From a bacterium (GTDB taxonomy: Bacteria; Patescibacteriota; Minisyncoccia; CAIUEV01), in NCBI GenBank assembly GCA_021779915.1, contig JAJXZR010000029.1, positions 12,495 to 76,494 of the forward strand: 64,000 bases of DNA, written 5' to 3'. Each line of letters begins with the position of its first letter. The stretch's first letter is position 1. Both the position numbers and the translations under genes were made by a program. The notes under the pieces are model-generated. The model was not told the origin of the DNA. It worked only from the letters and a program-made list of their open reading frames with translations, and did no database searches. Shown here piece by piece: positions 27,895 to 37,818 of this stretch.

Positions 27895-30795
27895 ATGTTT
27901 AAAAACAAAAAAACTACAAAAAATCAAAAAATACTGATTATTTCTTTGGTTTTGTTTGTTTTGCTTGTTTCTGTTTTTCTCTGTCTTAATGTGGCAAAAA
28001 AAACCGCTTTAAGAAATGAAGTGACTAGTAAGTTGGAGCTTCAGCATCAAATATCAAAGAATTTAGCGGGAATAACTGAAACTTATAGTTATAATGCCTA
28101 TACAAGCGGAGTACCTATGCATACTGTCTATGAAGATGAGAATTATTTAGGCATTCCGACTGGTGTAAAATCAGATTTTTTGATTATCCCAGATGGCGCA
28201 CAATTGCTTCAGGATTTGGGATATTCAAAATCCGTTTTGGGAAACAATTATCGTACTATGAATGAGGGAAAAGACGTTATTTTTTCATCAAATGCATGGG
28301 ATTATGTCACAAACAAAGAGAGTGGTGAATACACGGGATATAGATTAAGAGATTCCGGGCTGTTTATTCCGTTTGAGGGACTGGATTCGCGGACAACTTG
28401 GGAAAAAACCGCACCCGAATTTTTGGGAGGAAAAACCGCTAGAGAGAAACTTGATGAATTGCAAGCAAGTAACTCTCCAGAGAAAGTCCAATCTCTAAAA
28501 AAAGAACTAACCCCTGGTAGCATTGGAGATGGAAATGGTAATGTTATTCTTGGCACACCTGGTGTTCCTGGTAGTGCTTCAGGAGATACAAATGGGATTA
28601 CAGAAGTAGTCGGTCCAGACAAGCAGACACACAAACTTGATGAGAATGGCAATCCAGTGGTTTTGAACCCGAATACCAATAAATGGGAACCAGACACCAC
28701 TCCCGATGCAACGATTTCTCCATCTAACCAAAAAGATTCAAACAACCAAAATCCGAATCCGGGAAATATGCAGGCAAGTTCTGATCTGAGTGACCAGCAG
28801 GTCGCTTCTGATGCTTATCCTGCCAACGGGTTTCCAACACCTGGTCCAGACAATTCTTTATTATCCACTGCTAAGAAACAAGAAGCGGAGCAGAGGTACC
28901 AAGAAGCTTTGGACAAATATAATAAAGGAGAACTCTCTGCCGACGATTTTTCCTTGGAAAAAGCGCTTTACAGAGGATCATTTATAGAGCCTAAAACTGA
29001 CGAATTAAAACAATTAGAAAAAAACACTTTGGATAGTGCTAATGCTGTTTACAATAATTTTGCTAATTTGTATCCAGAAAGAGCAAAAGAAATACTTGCG
29101 GAGGAAGAAGCGAAAAAAACATATTCGAAGGATGGTAATTCAGGTAATAATCCTCCTTCAGATAATTCTTCCCCGTCTCTCGGAAAATCTGTAGGGGAAT
29201 CTTGGATTAATCCTCCTGCACCCAAAGACATGGCAACTCTGGATGATGCCACAAACAGGTTACTGGGATCGGATGGCATAACAAAAGAAGCGGTAAAAAA
29301 TGCACTTGAACTGTCCAAAAATTACGATAGTTTAGATGATAAACAAAAGGCTTTAGTGGATTCGGTAAACGATTTTATTTCCTATGGTAAGAAAACCACG
29401 GAAAAAGAGCTCGAACAACCTCAATTAAATGTCCTTGAACCTTCTCTTACTGGCAATAAAGTTCGGGAAGAAATGAATGCTTGGAATAAACTGGATGAGG
29501 AACGAACAAAAGCTGGTTTTCCAGATACCACCTCAATTACTCCTTCGAATGACTTTGATAAAGAAGGAGGTACTCTTGAACCCTTTAATGGGGAAGCGAA
29601 ATGGAACGTTGACCCTTCTAAGTTGAATCCGCCAAGCCCTTCTGCCATGGAAGCTTATCAAACTTTGAATGATTTTTCCCAAAATGGTACAGACCCCAGA
29701 AGTTGGTCGGAATATCTTAATCCGCTTGGTCCATCTTTACAGGAAAAATTAAATGATTTACAAAAAACAGCTAGTCTTACTCCCGAGGTTAAGCAATTTG
29801 GTGGCATCGACTTAACTAAAGGGGACGTTTCAGAACCTGTAAAAAAATTGGACGACTATTTTAACAACATGCAAGATCCCCGCAGTTTGTCTGAAAGATT
29901 GAACCCTTTTGGCCCAACAATTGATGAAAAAATAAACTCCTTGGAAAATCAGATTTATGAGGATGAAAGCAAAAAGAAACAAATTTTAAACGGAGCGGAG
30001 TTTAATTACCAAGACGCTCTTTATAAATACGCGAATGGCGAAATTTCTGAGGAAGAAAAAAATAAGGCACTAGAAAAATTTCAGGAGGAAACAGATAAAT
30101 ATTTAAAAGAAACGGCTGTAATTTCTCAAACCACTTCACCAGAAACACTGCCACAAAGCAATTTTGATTTTAATTCTGACAACTCCAATAGTTCACCTGC
30201 CGACAAGGGAAGTGATCGATCAGAGGGACAAAATGTTCAAACCACCGGGGACAGAACGGGGAGTGGGACGACTACTTCAAATTTTTGGGATAGGAATGAA
30301 AATCAATATTCTGGAGAAAATAATTCTGCGGGGGCAAATGAGGTTAAGAATGATAACAGTAGTCAAACACAAACTGTATCCACAGAACCTTATAATTTTA
30401 AAGATAATTTTTCTGCCGGAAACGGGAGTCAGGAGGAACCTTTTGCTGGTTGGACAAACAAAAATATTGCTGAAGCCTTCTCCTATGATGAAAAAACGGG
30501 GGAATTAAAATTAAACGAAGACTGGAAAGAACAGACGGGGCTTCCCGGAGGAGAATATCTTATTATTCCGCCAAGCAAAGCAGAGATCATAAAAGGTCTT
30601 TTTGAAGAAAATAAAATAGATTCACGAACTAAAGATGCTCTTGATAAAAAAAATGAAGCGGGAACACTGAAAAAAGAAATGCCAGAGAATCAAGATGTAT
30701 ACGATCTAAAAAAACAAGAGACTACTGAAGGAAAACCCAACAGCGACAAGTACCGAGAAATGAAAGCAGAAGAGATTCTGAAAACAAGTCAGTAA
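27895..30795 (+). CDS. large membrane-anchored extracellular protein with low-complexity regions and internal repeats
   Basis: N-terminal TM anchor; repeated block DPRSWSEYLNPLGPSLQEKLNDLQK / DPRSLSERLNPFGPTIDEKINSLEN; S/N/G/D-rich segments. Confidence 0.5.
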   Translation: MFKNKKTTKNQKILIISLVLFVLLVSVFLCLNVAKKTALRNEVTSKLELQHQISKNLAGITETYSYNAYTSGVPMHTVYEDENYLGIPTGVKSDFLIIPDGAQLLQDLGYSKSVLGNNYRTMNEGKDVIFSSNAWDYVTNKESGEYTGYRLRDSGLFIPFEGLDSRTTWEKTAPEFLGGKTAREKLDELQASNSPEKVQSLKKELTPGSIGDGNGNVILGTPGVPGSASGDTNGITEVVGPDKQTHKLDENGNPVVLNPNTNKWEPDTTPDATISPSNQKDSNNQNPNPGNMQASSDLSDQQVASDAYPANGFPTPGPDNSLLSTAKKQEAEQRYQEALDKYNKGELSADDFSLEKALYRGSFIEPKTDELKQLEKNTLDSANAVYNNFANLYPERAKEILAEEEAKKTYSKDGNSGNNPPSDNSSPSLGKSVGESWINPPAPKDMATLDDATNRLLGSDGITKEAVKNALELSKNYDSLDDKQKALVDSVNDFISYGKKTTEKELEQPQLNVLEPSLTGNKVREEMNAWNKLDEERTKAGFPDTTSITPSNDFDKEGGTLEPFNGEAKWNVDPSKLNPPSPSAMEAYQTLNDFSQNGTDPRSWSEYLNPLGPSLQEKLNDLQKTASLTPEVKQFGGIDLTKGDVSEPVKKLDDYFNNMQDPRSLSERLNPFGPTIDEKINSLENQIYEDESKKKQILNGAEFNYQDALYKYANGEISEEEKNKALEKFQEETDKYLKETAVISQTTSPETLPQSNFDFNSDNSNSSPADKGSDRSEGQNVQTTGDRTGSGTTTSNFWDRNENQYSGENNSAGANEVKNDNSSQTQTVSTEPYNFKDNFSAGNGSQEEPFAGWTNKNIAEAFSYDEKTGELKLNEDWKEQTGLPGGEYLIIPPSKAEIIKGLFEENKIDSRTKDALDKKNEAGTLKKEMPENQDVYDLKKQETTEGKPNSDKYREMKAEEILKTSQ

Positions 30796-30796
30796 A

Positions 30797-30914
30797 ATAA
30801 ATGACGAAGTTCGAATGACGAATGACGAATTGTGGTGTTCACTATCCTCACAATCAATCGTCGCCTTCGGTGACACCTTAATTTGTCATTCGTCATTCGA
30901 ACTTCGTCATTTAT
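30797..30914. repeat. TGACGAA-heptad palindromic element (T3) between convergent stop codons
   Basis: aatgacgaagttcgaatgacgaatgacgaatt ... aatttgtcattcgtcattcgaacttcgtcattt; nearly perfect inverted halves. Confidence 0.75.
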
Positions 30915-31621
30915 TGAAACAGCCCTTCATTAAATATCAGATTTATAAGGGTGGCTCTGGCTGGGGCGACTCCCCAGACTTCATACGAACCACCTAATTG
31001 ATTCAAATTAACGTCTCCTCCAATAATATTAGCAAAAACTGCTGCTTCTATTTTGGGAGGAGTTCCCCAAGTGCAGTTTCCTTCTAGCATTCCCTTAACT
31101 GTGCCTTGGCAGTCTCCACCCTGCTGTTTGCCCAGTCCTTCAAAAAGAAAGGGGATTCCAAATTGCAGATTTTGTTTGGCAATTCCTCCAGCATTGTCAA
31201 GAGCCGCTACGGCTAGTCCTCCCGCAGGAGCGCTCGCAAGCGTCGCTGGAGTACCAAAACTTCCATAGGTGAGAAGTTCGTTACGATACTGATCGACCAA
31301 AGTACTCCAAGCATTTTGGTTGACATCTTCAATTTGTTTGAGAAGTGTTTGAACATCACTAACAAAATGACCTCCCATGGATTGCATGCCGGCATGCCCC
31401 TGAAAAACAAACTGCAGTTTTTCCGGTACTTGGTTCTGAGATACCCGAGACTGAGGGTCTTGATAAGAGTCGGGAGCACTGGCTTGTCCCGCTCCAACAT
31501 TAATATTTCCACTAGGACCAAAAAGCCCGCCACCAGGAGAAAGATTGGCAGCACTGGCTACATTAAAAATGGTGATGGGAAACAAAATTGTAAGAGCTGA
31601 AATAAGAAATGTTTTTTTCAT
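30911..31621 (-). CDS. secreted hypothetical protein (signal peptide, Gly-rich)
   Basis: N-terminal signal peptide MKKTFLISALTILFPITIFNVASA. Confidence 0.45.
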   Translation of the reverse strand: MKKTFLISALTILFPITIFNVASAANLSPGGGLFGPSGNINVGAGQASAPDSYQDPQSRVSQNQVPEKLQFVFQGHAGMQSMGGHFVSDVQTLLKQIEDVNQNAWSTLVDQYRNELLTYGSFGTPATLASAPAGGLAVAALDNAGGIAKQNLQFGIPFLFEGLGKQQGGDCQGTVKGMLEGNCTWGTPPKIEAAVFANIIGGDVNLNQLGGSYEVWGVAPARATLINLIFNEGLFQ

Positions 31622-31625
31622 CAGT

Positions 31626-32702
31626 TTATTGAATTGATTTTTTTACTTCTCCTGAAAAAGCGTCAAGCTCCGCATTGATTTTCTCAGCCCGACCGGCAGC
31701 AAGGAACGATCGGAAATAATCACCTTCCTGAATGTTATCAAAAACGATTCCCAGAGATTTAACAATATGGAGAACTTTTGTATGAAGGTTTTTTAAATCA
31801 GGATTTATTGGCATCAAGGTTAACTCGTTATAAGAACTGTCTATCTCTTTTTTCCAGATACTTGCTTTTTCCAAATCAATATCACTTTTTCTCATTTGGG
31901 AAAGGGAGTCGATTATTTTCTTAATTCCTCCTTCCAATGTATCGCCATCACTTATTAATCCGTTCTTTCTTAGCACACTCTTTACTTGTTCAAGATATTT
32001 TTTCGCATCTTTGTCTATTTTTTCATCCACTAAAATCTTGTTTTCATCAATACTGAAAGCAAAATCAAGACCCGTGCCCTTAAGAAGACTGGCAGTGAAA
32101 TCAGTGATTTCTGATTTCACTTTGTCTTGCACATCAGCAGGAACTGAATCATAAGAAACGGAATAAAGCTTATAGCTTGCTATGATATCGTCTACTTTGG
32201 AAGCTACTTTGTCGGTTAGACTACCGCTGGTTAAGGGGTCAGCATTTTGATTAAAATTGTCGATTACTAAGGTCGAATTAGCTTGGTTGTTATTCAAATT
32301 TCCGTTTTGATTATTATTTTGATTACTATTTTGGTTAGAATTATTGTTTGCATTATTATTTGCGTTATTATTGGTATTAGAAGCGGAATAGTGGTCGGAT
32401 GTTGCCGTTAATTTATCACTTGGCGCGGCAACGAGAGGGCTGTACCCGCCTTTCACTTCTTGACCATCCATAAATCCATCCCCGTCAGTATCAGGATTTT
32501 TGGGGTCAGTTCCCCATTTTTTTTCGTCCGCATCGGAAAGCCCGTCCTTATCTGAATCAACATTTGCATTGCTAGTATTGCTAACGGCACCAAAAAGGGT
32601 GGGGACAGGAACCTTCTCCTTGGATGAAGAAATCCTCCCTCCCAGTCCCCAGACTGCAAGGACTAAAAATAAAACTAATGCGATTATTCTGATTTTTTTC
32701 AT
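31626..32702 (-). CDS. secreted protein with thrombospondin-type-3-like calcium-binding Asp repeats and an Asn-rich linker
   Basis: signal peptide; DKDGLSDADE...DPKNPDTDGDGFMDGQE repeats; poly-N/NNQ tract. Confidence 0.5.
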   Translation of the reverse strand: MKKIRIIALVLFLVLAVWGLGGRISSSKEKVPVPTLFGAVSNTSNANVDSDKDGLSDADEKKWGTDPKNPDTDGDGFMDGQEVKGGYSPLVAAPSDKLTATSDHYSASNTNNNANNNANNNSNQNSNQNNNQNGNLNNNQANSTLVIDNFNQNADPLTSGSLTDKVASKVDDIIASYKLYSVSYDSVPADVQDKVKSEITDFTASLLKGTGLDFAFSIDENKILVDEKIDKDAKKYLEQVKSVLRKNGLISDGDTLEGGIKKIIDSLSQMRKSDIDLEKASIWKKEIDSSYNELTLMPINPDLKNLHTKVLHIVKSLGIVFDNIQEGDYFRSFLAAGRAEKINAELDAFSGEVKKSIQ

Positions 32703-32879
32703 TTATTTTGAAATAACCCAACAAAGAATTTTCCTATTTTTTAAATATAACACGATTTTTTTGGGAATAAAATCCAACTCAACACAACTCAACAAACTTG
32801 GCTTCGCACCTGGGCTAAGACTCATCAACTAGAGAGCCACTCATCAAAAATAATCATTGATATTCCATTTAAAATTAAA

Positions 32880-32906
32880 AAAACGCTCAGCTGAGCGTTT
32901 TTTTAA
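32880..32906. terminator. perfectly palindromic hairpin plus T-run downstream of tRNA-Tyr, potentially bidirectional
   Basis: AAAAACGCTCAGCTGAGCGTTTTTTT. Confidence 0.6.
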
Positions 32907-32916
32907 AATTTTTTTG

Positions 32917-32999
32917 TCCGAGGAGAGGGATTCGAACCCCCGTAGGGAAGACCCGACAGATTTACAGTCTGTTGCAATTGACCACTCTGCCACCCTCGG
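32917..32999 (-). tRNA. tRNA-Tyr (anticodon GTA), class II with long variable arm
   Basis: rc CCGAGGGTGGCAGAGTGGTCAATTGCA-ACAGA-CTGTAAA-TCTGT-CGGGTCTTCCCTACG-GGGGTTCGAATCCC...CTCGGA; anticodon loop ctGTAaa. Confidence 0.8.
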
Positions 33000-33019
33000 T
33001 AATTAACTTTTTAAATCCT

Positions 33020-33190
33020 ACACTAGTTCATCAAGTTTATCAAGTTACGCGAATTAGTTTAGAAGGTTTAGAAAGTTTTGAAAGTTTAGAAAGACAGAAT
33101 GGTGCTTTTTTATGAAAAATATTATAACCAAAAACTCTCTGACTTTCTAAACTTTCCTAACCTTCTAAACTTTCTAAACTAGCTTTCCTG
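33020..33190. repeat. composite palindromic repeat: CTTGATAAAC units upstream of tRNA-Tyr plus a GTTTAGAAAG palindrome
   Basis: rc of 33024-33049 reads taacttgataaacttgatgaactag; gtttagaaaggttt.../...aaactttctaaac inverted halves. Confidence 0.5.
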
Positions 33191-33268
33191 ATTTTCATTT
33201 TATCTTTTTTTTATAATTATTTTATCTCCACTCATTTATAAGGAAGGTATAATTATTAATTTTTCAAA

Positions 33269-33742
33269 ATGACTTTGAAAAAAAATATATCCTCCTTTTT
33301 AACTTTTTCTTTAATTTGGAAAATTATTTTTCCTCTTTTTTGTATTTCATCCGGGTTCTTGTCCGGATTTTTTTATAAACAGTATCTCGGAAAAGAAGAG
33401 TGCCTCAATCTTGCATTTTCCAACAATCAAGAAGCGATGAGTCAATCTCAAATAGAAGAAATCAGTCAACTTCTCAATCAAGGAAATGAGACGGGACCTC
33501 TGTCTCAAGAAAATTTAAACGCGAATCAAAATAATTCAAACGTGAATGCTAACCCACTCAAAGATACTCCTCAAGCCAATAATACTGGAACAGGCAAATT
33601 TGTTGGAAGCCAAAAAAGCGACAAATTTTATCCTATCGCCTGCCACTTCGCCAAAAGAATCAAGGAAGAAAACAAAGTCTGGTTTGCAAGTGTAGAAGAA
33701 GGCGAAAAAGCAGGAAGGAAGTTTGTGGAATGTAATAATTAA
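33269..33742 (+). CDS. secreted protein with a C-terminal Ada-type metal-binding-like domain
   Basis: signal/TM N-terminus; C-terminal F.V......YPIACHF......EN.VWFAS.EEGEKAGRKFVEC resembles the Ada_Zn_binding pattern. Confidence 0.3.
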   Translation: MTLKKNISSFLTFSLIWKIIFPLFCISSGFLSGFFYKQYLGKEECLNLAFSNNQEAMSQSQIEEISQLLNQGNETGPLSQENLNANQNNSNVNANPLKDTPQANNTGTGKFVGSQKSDKFYPIACHFAKRIKEENKVWFASVEEGEKAGRKFVECNN

Positions 33743-33780
33743 AAATTAAAAGTTAGAAATGCAAAAGAACAATTCAAATT
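33741..33780. repeat. short copy of the GCAAAAGAACA module (F3)
   Basis: aaaagttagaaatgcaaaagaacaattcaaatt. Confidence 0.3.
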
Positions 33781-33789
33781 ATTTCTTTC

Positions 33790-33961
33790 GTGTCACCCTA
33801 ACTCCACCTGTCATTCCCGCGAAGGCGGGAATCCAGGAAGATTTTATTAAATTAATAGAATGTTATTTTAGTTATTTTCTTAACTATAGAACCCAAACAA
33901 TCATTCTTTTAGTCTAATAAAGTATTAGTTTACTGGATTCCCGCCTTCGCGGGAATGACAC
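33790..33961. repeat. MITE-like element, hairpin-TIR family, short subtype (H7)
   Basis: GTGTCA...TGTCATTCCCGCGAAGGCGGGAATCCAGG ... CTGGATTCCCGCCTTCGCGGGAATGACAC; compensatory hairpin variant. Confidence 0.75.
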
Positions 33962-33997
33962 GGACGAATTTATAACTTTTAATTTTTAACTAAAGAG

Positions 33998-36547
33998 ATG
34001 TCCACAAAACCATTTCTACCAATCCTAATATTCCTTCTTTTTCCTATTTTCGCCTTCGCCAGCCCCTCTGAAGAAACCATCAGTTCGAATCTTTCCATTA
34101 TCCAAAACACCATCTGGAGCGGAACAAAAATCATTAATGGAGCGAAAATTACGGTTGAAAACACAGCTACCCTCACCCTTGAGCCAGGAACAACGGTTAT
34201 TGGTTTAAATGGCGCGTCTATTTATATTAAAGGAAGGTTTATCGCGATTGGAGAAGAAAACCATAAGATCAGATTTACCTCTGACAAAGATAGGCAACAA
34301 AATTTTACTTTAACCTATTCTCTCAGTTCCATAGCGGGAAGCGAGGTTGAGATGAGAAATTTTATCTTGGAGGACGGAGGAGGAAACCAAGATCTAGCCT
34401 CTCTTCCAGCCCTTACCCTTAAGGGAAAAGGAACCCTTTCCGATTGTATTATCAGAAGAAACAGAACCACGGGGGTTCGTTTTTGGGACAGTGTTGATAA
34501 TGAATCAATAGAAAATTGCGAAATTTACGAAAACGAGAATTTAGCCATTGAAAACAAAACCACTAATCTCTTGAAGGCCGAGAATAATTGGTGGGGATCG
34601 AAAGACGGCCCCAGTTATTTTGTCAGCGCTCCCCGTGCCTACATCTGGGGCAATATTGATTTTGATCCTTGGCAACAAAAAGGTCCTATTCCTATTATTC
34701 TGGTACCGGGATTTGGGGGAAGCTTCAGTTTTAAGCTATTTAGTAATTCGGCAAAAAACGACTGGTGGATGACGCCTCTAGGGACTGGTTCTTACCGCTA
34801 TTTTGCAAAAGCTCTAGCTTCCAAAAATTACACTTTGGGGCAAGATTATTTCTGGGCCTTTTACGATTGGAGAAAGCTTAATGAAGAAAGTGCCCAAAAC
34901 TATTTAAAAAAAACTATTGAGGAAGCCAAACAAAAAAGTGACCACAACGAAGTTAATCTTGTTGCTCACAGCATGGGAGGCCTTTTAGCCAGAAGCTATA
35001 TTCAAAGCGATAATTTTGAGGATGATGTTGATCGTTTGGTAACTGCCGGAACTCCTCACCTGGGGTCTAGTGAAACTTATTCTCTTTGGGAAGGAGGAGA
35101 GCTCCTCGGTGCTAAAAAAATATTACTTCCTTACCTCTGGTACCTGGAAATTCTAAATCGAAATTATTCCAACATTGACACGCTTCGAAATGAATTTCCT
35201 TCTCTTGCCGAAATGCTTCCCACTTATGATTATCTCTACCAAAAAGATTCAGGAGAAACTATTTCTTACGCTTCTCAAAAATATCAAAATTCGTTTTTAG
35301 AAAGCATAAATTCCGATCTTAAAAACCTCAAAAGAAAAGTTTGGCTGGGAGTTGTTGCAGGAACAGGAGAAAAGACTTTGGAAAAAATCCCTGTAAAAGC
35401 TTGCACAGAAAATTCCAATATTTTTGAAGATGGAGTTCCGGATCCTCTTAACTCAATTCCTGATTCACTTTTCGGTGACGGAACCGTTACTCAAAAAAGC
35501 GCTACTCTAAATAACCAATTAACTAACAATTCAATTACTATCCCCAGTTCCCATGGAGAACTTTTTCAAAAAGGTCAGAAAAATTTGTTTGACGAATTAA
35601 ATATTCGCCCTTCCACTTTTTCCCTTGCCGATATTTTAGATGACTTTTTATTCAGCTCCTCCGGGCCGATTGACATTTCAATTGAAAACGAAGCCGGAAA
35701 AATTTTGAACACAGACGCAAAAGAAATTAATGAAAGCGAGTACGACGAGGAAGAAATTGAAGGAAAAAAGCTAGTTTTTGCCAGTTTTCCAATCAATTAC
35801 TCGACCTCTTTGCAAAAGCAGAGTCTAAAAATTACTGTTTTGGGAAAGGACGAAGGAACAGCCAAGCTGGCTTTTTGGCATTTTTCTTCTAATGAAGATT
35901 TTGATAAAGTTGAAAAAGAAATCGGCACAGACGAAAATTCTAAAGTCATTTACACCGTTTCTCTGGAAAAAGGCTTGGATGGAAAACCAAAAATAAATAT
36001 TACTGATACTGATTCCTTAAGCTTTATTAAGACAAGAATACCTCTTCCTAACGACAATTATTTGAATTGGCAATATCTGCTTCCGGAAGCATACATCTGG
36101 AGCGGGGAAGACGACGAAAAAATCGAAAGTTCGAAGGTAAGCTATTCTCTTGATCAAAAGGACGTTAGTGGAAGCCTAGATCTTTCTTCTTTGCCACTTG
36201 GCCACCATGAGATAAAAGTCCGAGGAAGTTGGTTAAAAAAAGGTGTCTCTCAAAATGACGAAAAAGAAATTCCCTTCGTTATCAGCACTTCCTTAAAAAG
36301 TTTTTCTACTCTCCTAGACAGATTTTACAAAGAAGGAAAAATCAACAGCTGGAAAGACAGAAGCAATCTAACTAATTTATCTTCTTTAGCTTATCAAGAT
36401 TTATCGGAAGGAGATCTGAATGGGGCAAAAAACAAGATAAGAGAAATAAAAAACACTCTTTTAGAAAAAGAAGATTTGTTTAAGGACAAAAAAGACAAGG
36501 AAATAATGAATAATTCTATTGCTTATTTGGAAAATAATCCAAATTAA
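33998..36547 (+). CDS. secreted protein: N-terminal right-handed beta-helix (pectin-lyase-like) domain plus alpha/beta-hydrolase lipase/esterase domain
   Basis: signal peptide; NxxxGxxI beta-helix repeats; lipase nucleophile elbow VNLVAHSMGGLLARSY (GxSxG). Confidence 0.6.
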   Translation: MSTKPFLPILIFLLFPIFAFASPSEETISSNLSIIQNTIWSGTKIINGAKITVENTATLTLEPGTTVIGLNGASIYIKGRFIAIGEENHKIRFTSDKDRQQNFTLTYSLSSIAGSEVEMRNFILEDGGGNQDLASLPALTLKGKGTLSDCIIRRNRTTGVRFWDSVDNESIENCEIYENENLAIENKTTNLLKAENNWWGSKDGPSYFVSAPRAYIWGNIDFDPWQQKGPIPIILVPGFGGSFSFKLFSNSAKNDWWMTPLGTGSYRYFAKALASKNYTLGQDYFWAFYDWRKLNEESAQNYLKKTIEEAKQKSDHNEVNLVAHSMGGLLARSYIQSDNFEDDVDRLVTAGTPHLGSSETYSLWEGGELLGAKKILLPYLWYLEILNRNYSNIDTLRNEFPSLAEMLPTYDYLYQKDSGETISYASQKYQNSFLESINSDLKNLKRKVWLGVVAGTGEKTLEKIPVKACTENSNIFEDGVPDPLNSIPDSLFGDGTVTQKSATLNNQLTNNSITIPSSHGELFQKGQKNLFDELNIRPSTFSLADILDDFLFSSSGPIDISIENEAGKILNTDAKEINESEYDEEEIEGKKLVFASFPINYSTSLQKQSLKITVLGKDEGTAKLAFWHFSSNEDFDKVEKEIGTDENSKVIYTVSLEKGLDGKPKINITDTDSLSFIKTRIPLPNDNYLNWQYLLPEAYIWSGEDDEKIESSKVSYSLDQKDVSGSLDLSSLPLGHHEIKVRGSWLKKGVSQNDEKEIPFVISTSLKSFSTLLDRFYKEGKINSWKDRSNLTNLSSLAYQDLSEGDLNGAKNKIREIKNTLLEKEDLFKDKKDKEIMNNSIAYLENNPN

Positions 36548-36792
36548 GGTACTTTGTCCACACCTCCTTCGTTCCAGGGATGGCATCTAGAAATTCTTTT
36601 GACAGTCAACCAGGAGCCTTTTGCTAAACCATATTTTTTAAGCGCCTGAACGGAATATTCCGAACAAGTGGGATGAAAAATACAAACCCTAAACCCCATA
36701 CTTTTCCCCCAGAAACTTTGGTCAGGAGAAAGGGTTTTTTGATAGATGCGGATGAGGAAAATGAGGGGGAGGGTAGTAATTTTTTGGAACAT
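36544..36792 (-). CDS. yidD: membrane protein insertion efficiency factor YidD
   Basis: 82 aa; conserved CxxxPTCSxY and CHPW motifs. Confidence 0.8.
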   Translation of the reverse strand: MFQKITTLPLIFLIRIYQKTLSPDQSFWGKSMGFRVCIFHPTCSEYSVQALKKYGLAKGSWLTVKRISRCHPWNEGGVDKVP

Positions 36793-36850
36793 AGGGTTTT
36801 GAGTTTAAAATAGCAGAATTTACAAATTTCAATTTCTTATTATATTTTGT

Positions 36851-37095
36851 GTGTCATCCCGGGCTTGACCCGGGATCCAAGAGAATAGAAAATTGCTCTA
36901 ATTAACCTAATTATACCCACCGCCTAAGGCGGGATCCCGCTTTGCGGTGATAATTGACCTAAAAAAGCACCAAACAATAAAAAATAAATCTTGAAAATTG
37001 GTTCTTGGCATTTTATTTAGAACAATTAGATCAATTAGGGTAATTAGAATAATTGGCGAGTCTAACTAGATCCCGGGTCAAGCCCGGGATGACAC
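36851..37095. repeat. MITE-like element, hairpin-TIR family, long subtype (H8), inverted relative to H1
   Basis: GTGTCATCCCGGGCTTGACCCGGGATCCAAG ... CTAGATCCCGGGTCAAGCCCGGGATGACAC; internal aattagggtaattagaataatt module. Confidence 0.75.
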
Positions 37096-37108
37096 TTGGT
37101 TACAAATT

Positions 37109-37768
37109 TTACTTGTCCATTTGTTTCCTCCTCCATTTCTCAATCTTCTTCGGGTCCCCGCACAAAAGCACACTCGGTACCTTCCAGCCTTTATAAACTT
37201 CGGGTCTAGTATATTGCGGGTACTCCGTTTCATTAGTATTATAAGATTCCTCTTTCAAAGATTCTTCATTCCCTAGCACTCCAGGGATTAATCTGGTGAC
37301 GGAATCAAGAATGGTGGCCGCTCCCAGTTCTCCCCCGCTTAGAATATACTTTCCCATAGATATTTCTTCATCAGCTATATGATTTATCACCCTTTCGTCG
37401 ACCCCTTCATATCTGCCACAAACAAAAATTATTTGCTTATATTTTTTAGATAATTCAAGGGACTTCTTTTGGTTAAAAATCTTTCCTTTGGCGGCAAGTA
37501 AAATTATTCTAATTTCATTTCTTTTATATGGACTTTTTTTCAAAATTTCCTCAACACATTTTTCAACCGGCTCAACTTTCATGAGCATTCCCACCCCTCC
37601 TCCATACGGGACATCATCTGTCGTCCTATGTTTATCCTTGGCATAATCCCGAAGGTCATGCACAAAAATTTCAATTAGCTTCTTTGCTTTAGCCCTTTTA
37701 ATTTGGGCTTCAGCAAAATAGGAATCGAGAATGTGAGGGAATATGGTGATTATGTCAAATCGCAACAT
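37109..37768 (-). CDS. trmD: tRNA (guanine37-N1)-methyltransferase
   Basis: 219 aa SPOUT-fold protein with TrmD motifs (DIITIFP, YGGG.GM). Confidence 0.9.
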   Translation of the reverse strand: MLRFDIITIFPHILDSYFAEAQIKRAKAKKLIEIFVHDLRDYAKDKHRTTDDVPYGGGVGMLMKVEPVEKCVEEILKKSPYKRNEIRIILLAAKGKIFNQKKSLELSKKYKQIIFVCGRYEGVDERVINHIADEEISMGKYILSGGELGAATILDSVTRLIPGVLGNEESLKEESYNTNETEYPQYTRPEVYKGWKVPSVLLCGDPKKIEKWRRKQMDK

Positions 37769-37810
37769 TAGTTTATCAAGTTTATAAAGTTATAAAGTTT
37801 ATCAAGTATT
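37769..37810 (-). promoter_or_regulatory. CTTGATAAAC direct-repeat motif abutting the trmD start codon
   Basis: rc: CTTGATAAACTTTATAACTTTATAAACTTGATAAACTA-ATG. Confidence 0.5.
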
Positions 37811-37818
37811 CTAAAAGG

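Noticed and set aside
30815-30997. 60-aa ORF on the plus strand
   Set aside because: It lies within TGACGAA repeat T3 and overlaps the convergent secreted-protein gene. Its codon content is driven by the repeat.
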